From Fimbriosthenelais zetlandica (taxonomy: Eukaryota): a stretch of DNA of 64,000 nt. The notes under the pieces were generated by a model. That model did no database searches. It was not told the origin of the DNA and worked only from the letters and a program-made list of their open reading frames with translations. The translations under genes and the position numbers were made by a program. Within the stretch, counting starts at the first letter, position 1. Every line of letters starts with the position of its first letter. Location: assembly GCA_977030845.1 (NCBI GenBank), contig OZ365115.1:6696001-6760000 (forward strand). Direction: 5' to 3'. This document shows, piece by piece, positions 24,395 to 37,558 of the stretch.

Positions 24395-27300
24395 ATGGCG
24401 GCGGGGGATATTGACACACGTTTTAGTCATCTGCTAAAACCGATTCGAGATCTTACCAAGAATTGGGATGTGGACATTGCTGCTGAATTAGAGGAATACC
24501 TTGAAGAGGTGAGTATTTTCTATAATTTTCTCTTATTTATTTACTTGCTTTCCAAATGTCATGTAAAAATGATTAACCTTAGATACATTTTTAATAGAAA
24601 GGTTTTTTCTTCACAAAAATTATGGCAGCTCAGCAGGGCTCCACTCAAAGCTATAATATTATATTATTAATTATGTAAATAAATAATATGCATATTATAC
24701 TGTCACAGAGGTGCGATATCCTATAGGCTACAGCCAGTATAACCAGCCCTATAGCCGAGGTAGCCTATATTATAATGTGTGTATTCGGAACCCACCACCA
24801 GCTACGCGGTTTCGAGGCACAGGACTAGTCTTAGCTTTTACACAGTGACACTCAACAGAAGTGTGCGTGGGGTGGGGGTTAGGTACTTGGAAGAGACACC
24901 GGGGTAGGGGTACTCGTACCATCCTTTAGGCAGTGTGTGTCTATAGAAGGGGAGGGGGGAAGGTTGGTGTTGTGAGGGGGGGGGGGGGGGGGGGGATACA
25001 CGGAAGAGTCACTAGGGGGAGGGTGAGAGCCTACTCGTAGAAAATCAGGGAAGCGTGTAGCAAACTCCAGGGGAAAGCTAAGGGTCGGTGGGTGGGGGGT
25101 GTTAATTAATTGGCTGTTGATTGGTTCGAGGCACAGGACACTCACAGGCCTTAGCTTTCACACTTACTGCAGAGGCTCTGCCGTTCGCCGATTGGATAGT
25201 GTTGGTGGGGGAAGGTTTAGTGTGAAGAGGACTCAGGTACCAGGGTAGTGAGAGTACCTATTAGTAGGTTGGGCGGGTGTGGAGGGGGGCTGGGTTAGTT
25301 GGGGTTGTTACTGATCGTAGCTAGTGCTGGGTTCGAGGTATAGGACAGGCCTTAGCTTTCACACAAGCAGCAGAGGCTTTGCTGTTACTATTGGAGAGGA
25401 AGTGGTGGTGGTGTGTGGTGTAGAAGTGTGTGTGTGTGGGGGGGGGGGGGGGGTAGTTTGGTAGGAAGCTACAAGCCAACCATTCCACACGGGCCTCTCA
25501 ACCCTACCCACACTGTCCCCTCTATCCCTAACACCCCCTCCTCTCCACTGCCCAATGGTCAACTACAATCACTGGTGCAGGGTTAAATCATTAAATCTCA
25601 GGGGTCAATAACTAGGAACGATCATTAACAGAATAGGTCTACAAGTGGCCAATAATCCACCGGCCAAAACACAGCAAAATTACCCCCCATCCCACCCAAT
25701 GCTTCTTTCCTTTCCATATAGCTTATGGGGAGCCATAATTGGCCTTGCTAAGCCTATACTGATATATTGTCTTCATTTTTTCACTTCAGATAGAGAGTAT
25801 CACCATTACTTTTGACAATGGGATGACCTCCATGAACTTTGCTGAAGCTGCTCTCCTAATCCAAGGTTCAGCATGTGTCTACAGCAAAAAGGTAACTTTA
25901 TAACATTAGCTGTTTTCCAGTTTAATGTTACTTCCCTTTGTGAATTTTAACATGCCAGTACGCTTTAGCTTTTCGGGTATCTATCATACCGGTATTTATT
26001 TATTTTTTTCTTATAGGTTGAATACCTCTATTCTATGGTTTATGAAGTACTCCAAACATTACAAAGTAAAAAGTAAGTAATTTTCATGGTCTATTTCATT
26101 GCCGTAAATGTGTATTGTATGTCTATTTGATTCTCTCAGTTTTGTCTGTATTTTGTGTGGTATTTAAACAAATAAATATGATCATTCTAGGAAACAAGTA
26201 CAAGGTTCTATTGGTCAGGATGGGCAGGATAATGATGAGCCAGCAGGAGGAGATACAGAAGAGGATGTAAGTTTCCGGTATTCTACTAGTTAATAAACAG
26301 TCCTCCTCTTATTTAGGCTATAGGCAATACTTACTAGATATAGGATAACATGTATTTATTTTTACTGATTCAATTAACCTTTAAGTTTTTCTTTCATTTT
26401 TCAGTTTCTATCGCTGGACGACATCAAGGAACATGGCAACATTGATATGAAAAATGATGACGAAAACAACATGAGTGTAAGTTTACATCGCTTCTAATAT
26501 AACTATATTCTGAAACATTTTAAATTTATTTTTATGAAATATTCAATTTATTATTAGTTTAATTGTATGTGGGGAAAATGTTTGCGCTGTCCACCGCGTG
26601 ATTATGTATTTTAGTATTCATTCAAAATCTCTTGTAGTTGGTAAAAACTATTCCCCGGACGCCAATGGCATTGATTAAAATGGACGATGCAGCGAAAGGG
26701 GAAAATCCACTATTAAGGTAAAGGTGTAATGTACTATTTTAGAGAATAATTTACTTTCTGTCTATTCTTTCTTTAAAATCTAAAGTATTCAAAGATATAA
26801 TAGACAATATTATATTGAATAATTTCATGAGGCATTTTCTCCATAGAATCTGATATGTGACAGGCTTATGAATTAGTTACAAAGTTTTAATGTTTGAAAA
26901 TAAAATAAATTGTACCATCCCTCTTTCCCATGTAGCCATACGGGAGAAGTGTTGGGGAATCGGTTTGACTTCAGAGTGAACACAAGTACCACTCACCGTA
27001 GCGGGATGTTGTTACTGGACCTGGCCCACCTCTCTCTACTGGAGAACTCCTTCCTGAACAAACCCAGCTCTACACCATTCCATCCTCCACACCGTCAGTT
27101 TGCTCTCCTTAATATTCACACCACCATTAGCCTGCAATCAAATATTTTCATTCATTATTTATTAAATAAGAAATAAAAGATCCTCTAGTCATCCCTTGAT
27201 CATACAAATACGTGTATCAAGAAATTGATGAGCATGGTTTAACCTACTTGCAAGAAATTAAAAAAAAAAATTTGAGTTTTCATAAATGTATGGTTAAATT

Positions 27301-30137
27301 CACTTCTCTTAGGACTGTTTTGTTAATTTGTCTTTTGTTAATTTTAATACAGAAGCAAGAATAGGGGCGGAAGAGCGTGAGAATGAAGGAGTAGGGGGCG
27401 ACATACAAATGGACGAAGGTGTACCCGTCGATATAAGCAGTAAGTTTTCAAACTTTTATGTCGGTCAAATGATTAAAAATATATTTGAAAATCCCAAATT
27501 GCAGCTTTCCTATTATACGGAATTTAACTACACATGGCTGATTATAAACTACTTTTTGCAGTGGATGACAATGTACCTGCTTTTGACATGGACTCTGATC
27601 ATCAAGATCTGCCTCTACCAGAAGATGACGGACTGAATGATCCACCAGTAAGTAATGTACCTAATGCATCTAGGAACCAGTTTATAACAAGTTTTTTTAT
27701 GTCTATAAACCTCTACACATAGTTTTCTCAGAATTTTAAGATCCATAAATTACAAATCGTTAATGGAGACGCCTGTTGCAGCAAAGTCCATATGAAACAA
27801 ATGTAATTTGAATTTTCTTGTAAAATACAAAGTTTTTTCGCTTTCCTTTCTAGATTGAGAGACGAGAACTTCGCGCGAGGAAGGAGCGATTACCAGCTGT
27901 AACAGCTAAACCAGTAAGTGTAATCACACAACAATTTTTAATGTGATCATTATGATAGTCTAACATACCGCTGAAATCAGATCTTTGTCTCTTACTTCAT
28001 TGTTACTATTATGCGGAATTCTTCCTTTTTAAAGCAATCTGATCCATGGAAAATAGTGGATCCACACGAAGCAATATCTACCGTAAATAAACCATTCAAA
28101 AAGGGTAAGTTGAATAGAATTGTTTAACACATAGAATTTAATATCAAGTAAAAGTCAAATTAAAAAATATATATGGATACTGTTTCTTGTATTCTCTTCA
28201 CACAAAAATATCACTTGTTAATTGAAATGTTTTTCCTTTTTCAGCGAAGACTTTCCGATTGCCTAATACATTGGGGACAGAAGCAACTAATAAAAAGAGA
28301 AAAAGAAAGAAAGAAACTTTACCAGGTCAACTACAACCTATCACTGAGTTCTTTGCTCAAGCATGTAAGTCCATGAAAAACTTCCAAAATGTATTATTTC
28401 CAAAGTCAAAACAACCTTATCTTAGTATCACAAATTTAAAAAAATAAAATAAAATATAAATTTATGATATTACAGTTTACTCGGCCTCTTCCCGCTTCCC
28501 AAGCAATCCCCTCAAGGCGCCGTCCTTCCCAGAGTTTGAACAATTATACTGGAAGGAGTTCCAGAGGCGGCAAGCCAAAATCAGGCGAGACAAAAAACAA
28601 CTGGTAGGCTAAACTTTACTTATCAGTACTTATAATCTCAGGGAAAGATTGTTGTATAAATTATTGCTTTCCTTGTTAGCCTAAATATGTAAAGAAAATT
28701 TAATTTAATTTTAGGCCAATGAAGGGCGGTTGGAAGAGTTGGCAGAGCAGGAAGCCTATGAAGATGAGGCAGAACCATTTGCCCAAGGTAAGCCACACGT
28801 TTCTGTAAATTTACTAGCTACTTTAATTAGTACTTGCAGATATATTGATGGGTTTTTGTCAGCATGTGTGACTTTTCACAGTATGAAACTTGTCTTGGTT
28901 CAATAGGAGGAGTTGAAGACGATGATGATGGAGATTTTAATCCACCAGATGTCGCCCCGGACATGGATTTTGCTGCTGGTGATAACGTAACACCCGACCC
29001 CTTCAGCAACACGAGTAAGAACTAATGATTAATTCTTTATCTTTGCTGCCGTATGAACGAGTCATTATTTAATATTTAAACTGATAATTTATTATACTTA
29101 CATGAAAATAAGTTTTTTTTATTTTGTTTTTCAGTGATCGCAAGTGCCCCAATCATTACTTCTTACGAAGACCTGATCCGGCAACAAGTTGTAAGCATAA
29201 ATTATTTCTCCCCTTGATTTTTTTCCATTTCATTTTTAGTACGAAAATCTAATAAATTAATTGATTAATTTTACCAAATTTATTAATCACAGGATGGGTA
29301 CTTAGCCAGCGCCCAGCAATACGCTCATGTCACCGACCTGACAAAACGTGTGGCGGAATGGGAGGAGAAAATTCTACCTGTACTCGCCGAGGAGGTAAAA
29401 TTACTTTATATCATTATCTCCAAAGTATTCACATAGGCTAATTTCTTATTTAAAAAAAAACTATTGAATTTTTAAAAAAAACTACAATATTGAAAAAATA
29501 TTCTTAGTCTCATTTCAAGTACCTACATAACATTGTTTAATCATTTTACAGGATACACATCAGCCATTTGATATCCATAAATATGGGACGTCGGTCATGG
29601 ACAAATGTCCAGCGAAAACTAACGAAAAGGATAAAAGCAAGAAAATATCATTCAGAAAAGTGGTGGAAGGGAAACCAGCCTACGAGGTGTGCCGGCTATT
29701 CCTGGCTACACTCCAATTGGTAAGCATAACTCGTGCACATGTTCCAGTTTCCACATTTATGTCCTTGAATTTTATATTCATTTTTCAAATTGAAAATCTT
29801 TGAATTCTGCACTGGTCAAAAATGTTTAGTGGCCTTAACCTAATGAGGAATAGAAGGACTGGGTAGGAATTAAATCTAATATTTGAGCATACAATAGTTA
29901 CATGCTTAGTCTAGAAGTCCTTAAATTTTATCATGGAAGATAATGCAGTTAATTACATTTAATGAATACGTAATAAACTATTGATATTTTATCCTATTGC
30001 AGGCTAATAATTATAACGTAGAAATAGATGCCAAGGGTCAATTAGAGGCTGCAGTCGACACCATGACAGTTAAACTACTCTCTACAAAACGACATTACGA
30101 TGAGCTTAAAGAATATCAAGCACCGTCTCTATCTTAA
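24395..30137 (+). CDS. NCAPH2: Condensin-2 complex subunit H2 (kleisin beta), 19 coding exons, ~616 aa
   Basis: Exons 24395-24508, 25790-25891, 26017-26072, 26191-26266, 26405-26476, 26638-26717, 26936-27093, 27353-27439, 27562-27647, 27854-27913, 28035-28104, 28245-28364, 28476-28603, 28715-28787, 28907-29014, 29135-29190, 29293-29394, 29552-29719, 30003-30137 (1851 nt, all phases consistent). Signature motifs: [103 protein letters not shown]. Confidence 0.96.
24808..25452 (+). repeat. Degenerate G-skewed repeat (3 copies of GGTTCGAGGCACAGGAC...TTAGCTTTCACAC) with poly-G tracts, in the first NCAPH2 coding-region intron
   Basis: Copies start at 24808, 25123 and 25330. Long G runs at ~24975-24995 and ~25438-25452. 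Confidence 0.75.
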
Positions 30138-31040
30138 TATAGAACATTTAGAAATTTGTAGATTATATTCTGGAAATTTTGGGGTAGGAATTTAAGGGGA
30201 TATTTAAATCACACACTATAGTTTTTGTCCATGGTAATTGAGAATGGATTGAGGGTAACTTCATGAAAAACTTTTGTTGTTTTGGTCCCAGATCGAAAAC
30301 AAAACCCGGAAAGTTGTACATAAACAGATGTATATAGTGTACATGTAGGCATGATTAATAATCGCTCATAACTCATATGCACAGGTATATTAATCTTGAT
30401 TCAATTATTAATTGTAAACAAAAGTATCATCAATATTCTTAATTTCTTTCTTTCAAGAGCACAGATTCATTGCATGTGCCAAAAATAATAATACCCAACA
30501 GGGGTTGTGGTAACTTCTGAACATTAATGACTTATAAAATCAATATTAAATCCTAAGATATTCACTGTTAATACAATGCTATTTGTAGAATATTTTATTT
30601 ACTTCTTTAGAAGTACTTTTAGTGAATCTCTCTTTAGATCAACGTCTCATGAGTGGTCTTAATTATAATAACGGCTGAGCGCTCTTATATTTTTATTTGA
30701 ATTATATTTATATGTTAGGGAAATGTAATACTGACACGCAATATTAAATATGTCCTTTCTGAAGAGCACAGATATCTATATAGTTACATATGTACAATGT
30801 GTATATCTTATGTGTGGATCTCGGCATCACACAAAACTGCTAACTTTAAAATTAAAATAAATTTTCTAAAACAAAACTACCTTTTTGTATCAAATATACC
30901 TAAGTGTGTCACCAGCCACCAGCTGAATCGGATCAAACTTTTAAAACTAAAATAAAAAGCATTGATCCTTCCATCCTTACATAAATTGGTTATGAGTGAG
31001 TAAAACAGCTGACCTGCCGTGTCAGAGACCACACAGACTC

Positions 31041-31112
31041 TGCCGTGACCAGGATTCGAACCTGGGTTGTCTCGGCCACAACGAGAAGTACTAACCACTA
31101 TACGATCACGGC
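31041..31112 (-). tRNA. tRNA-His (anticodon GTG)
   Basis: GCCGTGATCGTATAGTGGTTAGTACTTCTCGTTGTGGCCGAGACAACCCAGGTTCGAATCCTGGTCACGGCA (72 nt). Acceptor stem GCCGTGA/TCACGGC, anticodon stem TCTCG/CGAGA, T stem CCAGG/CCTGG, intact A and B boxes, and a TTTT pol III terminator ~35 nt downstream. Confidence 0.97.
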
Positions 31113-34100
31113 CTACCTGTCAGCTGGTAGAGAGGCTACCTCGCTCGCCTCTCTATTGACTTCTATGGCCACTTTAGTCCTAAGGCCAGGAATATTAGTA
31201 CAACTTGGACATGTGGAATTGTAATGTGTGAGAAACAAGACAAGACAAACCACATATACATTCAGAAAATTCTCATATTAGCAGGGTGAAATAAATTATA
31301 CGGGATCAATTTTAGCCCATGAAATATTAATTCAAAATGAGCAAAACTATCTCTACTTTGGAGTACCCAATATTTTAGTTTCTTTAGACAACATAAGTCA
31401 ATTTATAACTGGGTTATAAAATGGCTCCAATAGAAAGTTCTTTTTAAGTCCCGCATTGTTTAATTATATGACCGCGTTTTTTCCTCTGGGGACAAGCAGA
31501 GATTAGAGGTGGGATGTTTCACCGACGCTTGTTTGATGTGGGTGAGGGTATAGATCTACCCTCATCTCCAAATACACAAACACAAAAGGTAAAGTGGAAA
31601 TATGAACCAGGAAATTTTAGTATATCACGGCCTTTCACAGTATGTATAACATATGGAAAATGTAGAGGGTTTTTTTTGCAGTGGGGTATGGAAAGTTAAT
31701 TTCCTAGGTTTTGAAATTCTTTTACTATTAAAAAGGAGAATATATACTGGATATAGACCTATTTTGTGTATAGCCAGAACCCATAAAGGTAGATATAAAA
31801 GGTCTAAGAGGCCACATAGAGAGTCTGATTTCAAATAAGGGTTATTTGCACACACTGGTTCCGTGTAGGCTTTGGATCATTTCATGTGGGAGCTTCTTAG
31901 GCACGACTTAAAACAACCCTACGACCGCAGACATCACAATGGTAGGCTTGTTCATATCCGAGCAAAGAATTCAAATAATTTTGTGAGAAATTCAATTAAG
32001 TAAATCACGGTTTCCAAGACAAAAAGTCACCCTTTGAATAAAATATTTTAAAGATAAAAGGGTAAATCAGTTTTCGCCCTGAACATCTGACTATTTTGAA
32101 TAAAATATTGACCTGATGAATTGGTTCAAGTCTAACTTTTGGCATGGATCCTGGTAGAGTACCCCTCGGTAGTGACGAGTGGGGACTCGTGACATTTGTT
32201 TAGTAGGAGGGTTCCTGAGCGACCAACCTGTACCAGGTGTGCACACCCGGGGAACAAACCATGAACACCTGAAAACACAGGACTCATATATACAACTAAT
32301 TACAGGTAGGTCCTATTGATATTACAATAATTCTAAATATTACTTTAATGAAAAGATCATGAGAAGATAGATAATTAAAATCAGCATTTATCAAAGTGCA
32401 CCCATGTCTGTTTTTCATTCAATGGACTAAGGCAATTGACTAGTTTAAAATAACCAGTATGAAAAGGGTCAAAACAATGCCCCCAGAACAACTAGAGCCA
32501 ATACGTCAGCTTCGTGTCATATTTTAAAGCGACCGGACAATATCAATTTAAATAGTTTCAACAAAAAATCACAGAAGATCAAGTGCATTTATAAGCAGTC
32601 ACTTGTCAAGTGTAATGAACGCGCATGACTTATAATATGTTTCAGCTAAATTCCTCGAATTACAGTGACCATAAAAGGCTGGTACTGGCTACCCCCTACT
32701 CAGCCTCATCCCCTGGAAAGTCAATGGATTAAGAAGGCTTTAAAGCATTAAATTTAAGGGTTATTCCAATTTCATCTTCAGGTTTTTTTTATACTTGGGG
32801 AAGTAAATGTGGTTTTATGATTGGGTCAGTCATAGAACATGTTAAACTTTCTAGTGGTTTATCTGTTGTTAATATTTAACATTATAAATTTTAAGTTTAT
32901 TTGTCTATTGAGGATTTAAAAAAAATATATTTAAACCTAAACTTTAGGTGGGAAGATTACTGTCTGGCTACACAATGAAGCATTTCAGTGTATTTTATGG
33001 AGTAAATCAGACAGTGTAATGAGTACTTAACATACACTGGTTTCACGGTCTGCTGCTCTCATCTCTGGATTTCCTTTATCACAATACACTGTACCTAGTT
33101 CAGCCACAGATCGTGATTCAACTTTTAAAAAGTTCACTCTCTCCTGTTTCCTGGTGGCTCTTCCAAATTAAAAATACTGTAGTGGAGACACTTTTAGCTC
33201 CTGTCCTATAAGAACCCCCTTCCCCCACCATCGTATTTGTTACTGTATAGAGATGTTTTTTAAAAACTATTTCATGCTGCAACGATGCCCGCCAATGATG
33301 ACACACTTCAGTGATGGCTGGTGCCTGGACTCTCGCATTTCTTCAGCATGAGGGGTTTCTTTTATAAAATCAAGGATAAAATCACTAGACTATATCACTA
33401 ATAATATATGTGCTGGTGGAAAATCATTCTATAACGTATAGAATATCTACATTAGCTAGAAATCAACTTAATAATTGATGCATAAAATAAAAATTACTAA
33501 AACTTCAGCGGTCGAGGAAACGGATGACTCATTCACAATTTACCTTTGCTTTGGGAACCGTGGATAATATTCCATTTGAAAGTTATATATTATACAAAGG
33601 GGGATCGAAAGATTCCAAACTTTTACATATGAAACATTATAGATATATATTCAAACTCGGGTGGACTCTAAAGCCTCAGATACTGTTGGTAGAATAACTA
33701 GTTTTTAATCCTCATTTCACCCAACAAGTATTTTATGGGATGGGTGTATTCAAACACCCCGTCTGTGGAACTAGCACTAGTCCTCATTGGAAGAAAATTC
33801 AAGGCTATTTGAGAAGCAAACATCGATACATATAGGCTTATGGAGGACCCACAGAGTATAAAAATTCCACCTTATTTGATTTGGATTTTCTATCCCACAG
33901 TCTTAAAACATGGAGCAAATAATGCTGGTACTTTCTGCAAGGTTGTATTATATACCAGGCCGTCTAGTAATACATAAGCAGTAGATTTTTTTTAACTTCT
34001 CCTTTTCTAGTGCTGGTGGAAATCCTCTCATTGTTAACAGGTTTTTGGCAGGTAGACAAGTGTCTTCGGTTAAATATTCAGGATTGTCTATGTGCACGTT

Positions 34101-37100
34101 TCCTTCTAAAGTTGGTTTGACGTAATCTTTTGTAGGACACATTCTAGTTCCAATTTTTTTTTTTTTTTTTTACAAACTTTGCTCTGATGAATACCTTTTT
34201 GAGCAGAAATATTGGACAAGTTTCATAGAGAAGGTTCCTATAGGAGGCTATATTACATGTTTTTGAGCTTCCCATACTGAAATCATCCTTCCCTCCATAC
34301 ACAAGAATACATTTTAATATTTTTTTCTTTTTAACCATTTACATATCTTTCTGAGCTATACCTTTGTTGTAATAAGCTTTCAAGTAAATGCCTATAATGC
34401 AATGTAAGAGTCAAGAGTCAAGTGTTCTGCCTGTGCATGCAAGGAACATGACTTTTGTTTCAATCAAATTCCTCTAAAACAAAGAGCCATTTGAGATGGG
34501 AAGAGGAGCAGGTCTTTTGATTGAATGGATCTCTAGGTAGTCTCTAACCCTGAGGTCAGAAGGTAAAGACTAACACGGAATTACATACACACTGCAAAAA
34601 ATATTTTTTAGGAGAAATTGTTAACAAGGTTTTAGAGACGGTATTGAAGGAAACCCCATGATTAAGATATTAACATCTGTAAAGTGGATATGGAAAGGCC
34701 AAAGTGAATAGCATGTTGAGGGAAGATATCAGAAATTAAACCAATTTATCCGCTGATATATTTATATTTAAACTGGACTGAAGTAGCTTATCCTTAAAAT
34801 GAAAGTAACTAATTTTGCTAATTATCAATTAAAATGAAGGAATTAAAGCGGTAAATTATACAAGCTTCTAGGAGTGTAGAGACAAGTCAACCTGTTTCCT
34901 GTATGTGATTTGTTTACTGTGTAGCTGGGCAAATTCAATAACAAAAGCATGGCATAGTTCTCCCATATAGCAAATAAAGAGAAGCCTTTACATGCCGGTA
35001 GAACTAGAGGTCTAGATATATAAACCTCTCCCCGCCCTCTATAACAGGTGCCTCATCTCCCAACCAAAGGACGATCAAGTGGTGGGCAAGATCTGACAGG
35101 TCTGTGTCTGTATCATCCTAAAACGCACATTGGAATAATCATTGGAATAATCATTTTCAAGAGGAGATACTATACTTTCTTGAGATCCGGGAGTAGAGTG
35201 GTTGAATTGAGCTCGACTTAAATATTTACTTTAATAATTATTGAATCTTTTACTGGAATCAATTTCAACTGGACTGGACACGGATGTTTGGTAGGAACAG
35301 CTAAAATCTGATCAGTAGTATTTTTATATCAAGGTATAGTTTACTGTACTTTTAGTTTTGCTGCATGTGTTTATTCCTTTAGGGAAACATCCTTCTTTTT
35401 CTCAGAATGACATAATCATCCCTCCTAGCCATATAGTACATTCACCCTCCCTTTTTTTATTTCATTTTCATTGCTTTTATACCTTTCTAATTTACTTCCG
35501 TGCTTCCGTCTTCCTGCCATCCCACCTCAGGTCTTCAGGAAGTAAAGTTTAAGCAAAGATATAAATTGTTATATTCTTCCACTTAACAACCCGGATCCCA
35601 GGACAAGACTTGTATTATACAATTAAGTATATGCCTTCCTTAAAATGACAAAGAACAAGCTATATTATTCTACTGACAGTCTTTGTCTGAATAGAACAGG
35701 AATAATATATATATTTAATATAATAGTAGGTATTTTATTAGTTTAAACCTTGCCAAAAGTTGAAAAGGAAACACTGCTTGCCACAGCTGATAGCAGTGAG
35801 GTATGAAAAAATCAGACAGTGCAATGGATGCGTCAGCCAAAAATTGGGAATGATTCGATATGGATGGCTAATGTTTAATGAATCTTTAAGATTTAATCCT
35901 TTATACACGACCGAATATCACACATAAAAATTGTTTTTCCACGTTTTTAATTGAAATATTTTTGCAAGTACAAGTATCTTACAGACATGCCATTTACGCC
36001 CAATTACCCATTGGAATAATTGGGAGAACTCTTTCCATACTGGGAACTATTTAGGCCTAAATTAAATGGCCTAAGAGTTAGGACTAAGAATGAAAAAAGA
36101 TATAGTGTGTTGCATCGATCTGTCGGTAATTTTATGGGTGAAAAGATTTACTTTTCACCTGCATGCATGTAACACATCGTGTAAAATCATTTATGATTGA
36201 TTGCATTTTCTTCAATATTTTTTTTACTTAAATGACAGATTCTCTTGTGAACACAATGTAAAAAGCTGTGCCCCTTCTCGCTGTACACACAATAGGTACA
36301 GACGGGTGTCACTGACGTGCTTGCAATGTCCAGTAGCAGCTGGACTTGGTGGTCACTCACTGACCATCCAGGGCCTTAAAGGTGTGTGGTCAAAGTGGGT
36401 GACAATGTGGTGGTTGGTCAAGGACCTATCTACTCTACACCTTACACACACCTTCAGGCTCTCCTGCTCATGTTAAATACATCACAAATGCTAATATTGC
36501 ATGTTCTTCACTACTTCTCTGTCTTACAAGATCTTCCATCATTGTACTCTTCAAAATACTACAGAAACATCTCATAAGCATTTGCAGCTTACACAGGAGC
36601 ATAACAATCAAAATTCAGCTAGTTATCTTTGGGTTGTTATACCACCTTGTTCCAATGCCAATAACTACCCATAAATAAGAAAAATATATCTGAATCTATT
36701 TAGTCCAAAAGTCAGGCCTCTTTTCGCTCTGCCCACCTTCCACCCATGGACAAATTTGTGATTCCCCCACTTTAAACAAAAAAATTTTTCTTGTCTCCAA
36801 TACAGTATGTGTCCAGAGCAAGATTCTTTTTTAAATGTAAAACAAAATTCATCAATATTCAAGTAAGAAATACAAAAGCACTTTTATTAAGCGCACATTC
36901 AAATGTAACATTGAGCAACAACCAATAAATTCTAGAGAGAAATACCTAGCTTTAACACAGTGTTTAGATTGTGGCCCAACACTAAAGGCCTGCCCCAGAT
37001 GGTCTGTGGCCTGTGTATGCAACCTGTGCCCATTCCTCAGTAGTAGCCAACACATTTTGTTCTCACACAGGTCGACCCCCACCTGCTCATCCAGTAGTGT

Positions 37101-37558
37101 CAGGGATCCACTCATGTAACCATTAATGTGGAGTGATAATGGCCATGTACTGCTAATCTGAGCCCAATCAATCTAATTGCCTTATACCAATTGGCTGAGC
37201 TCATTGCTTGTGGAATACATGTGACTGATATGGATTATTTTAACCTTCAGGTGTGTCTGGGTTCTCAATGTGGATCAGTGGAGCTGTGTCAATCAGGTCT
37301 ATAGCAGGCTAGAACACAAGGTAAGAATATATACCACTATTTTTAAATATTTATTTTCTTGGATAGCAAGTGCGCGAAAGCCTATTAGTCCTATATAGCA
37401 ACATTATCAACACAAAACCAACATTCTAGCATTCTTAGTACCTTGACTATATCTCCCATGGCAAATCACTTTCTCGTATCACAAAAAAACTTAAGAACAA
37501 CCATACGATGTTAACAGAAAAAAAGTATAATCTAAATTTAATTATTTTCAGAATTAAA

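Noticed and set aside
24879-25562. Proline/Thr-rich minus-strand ORFs
   Set aside because: They are translations of poly-G/GT repeat tracts.
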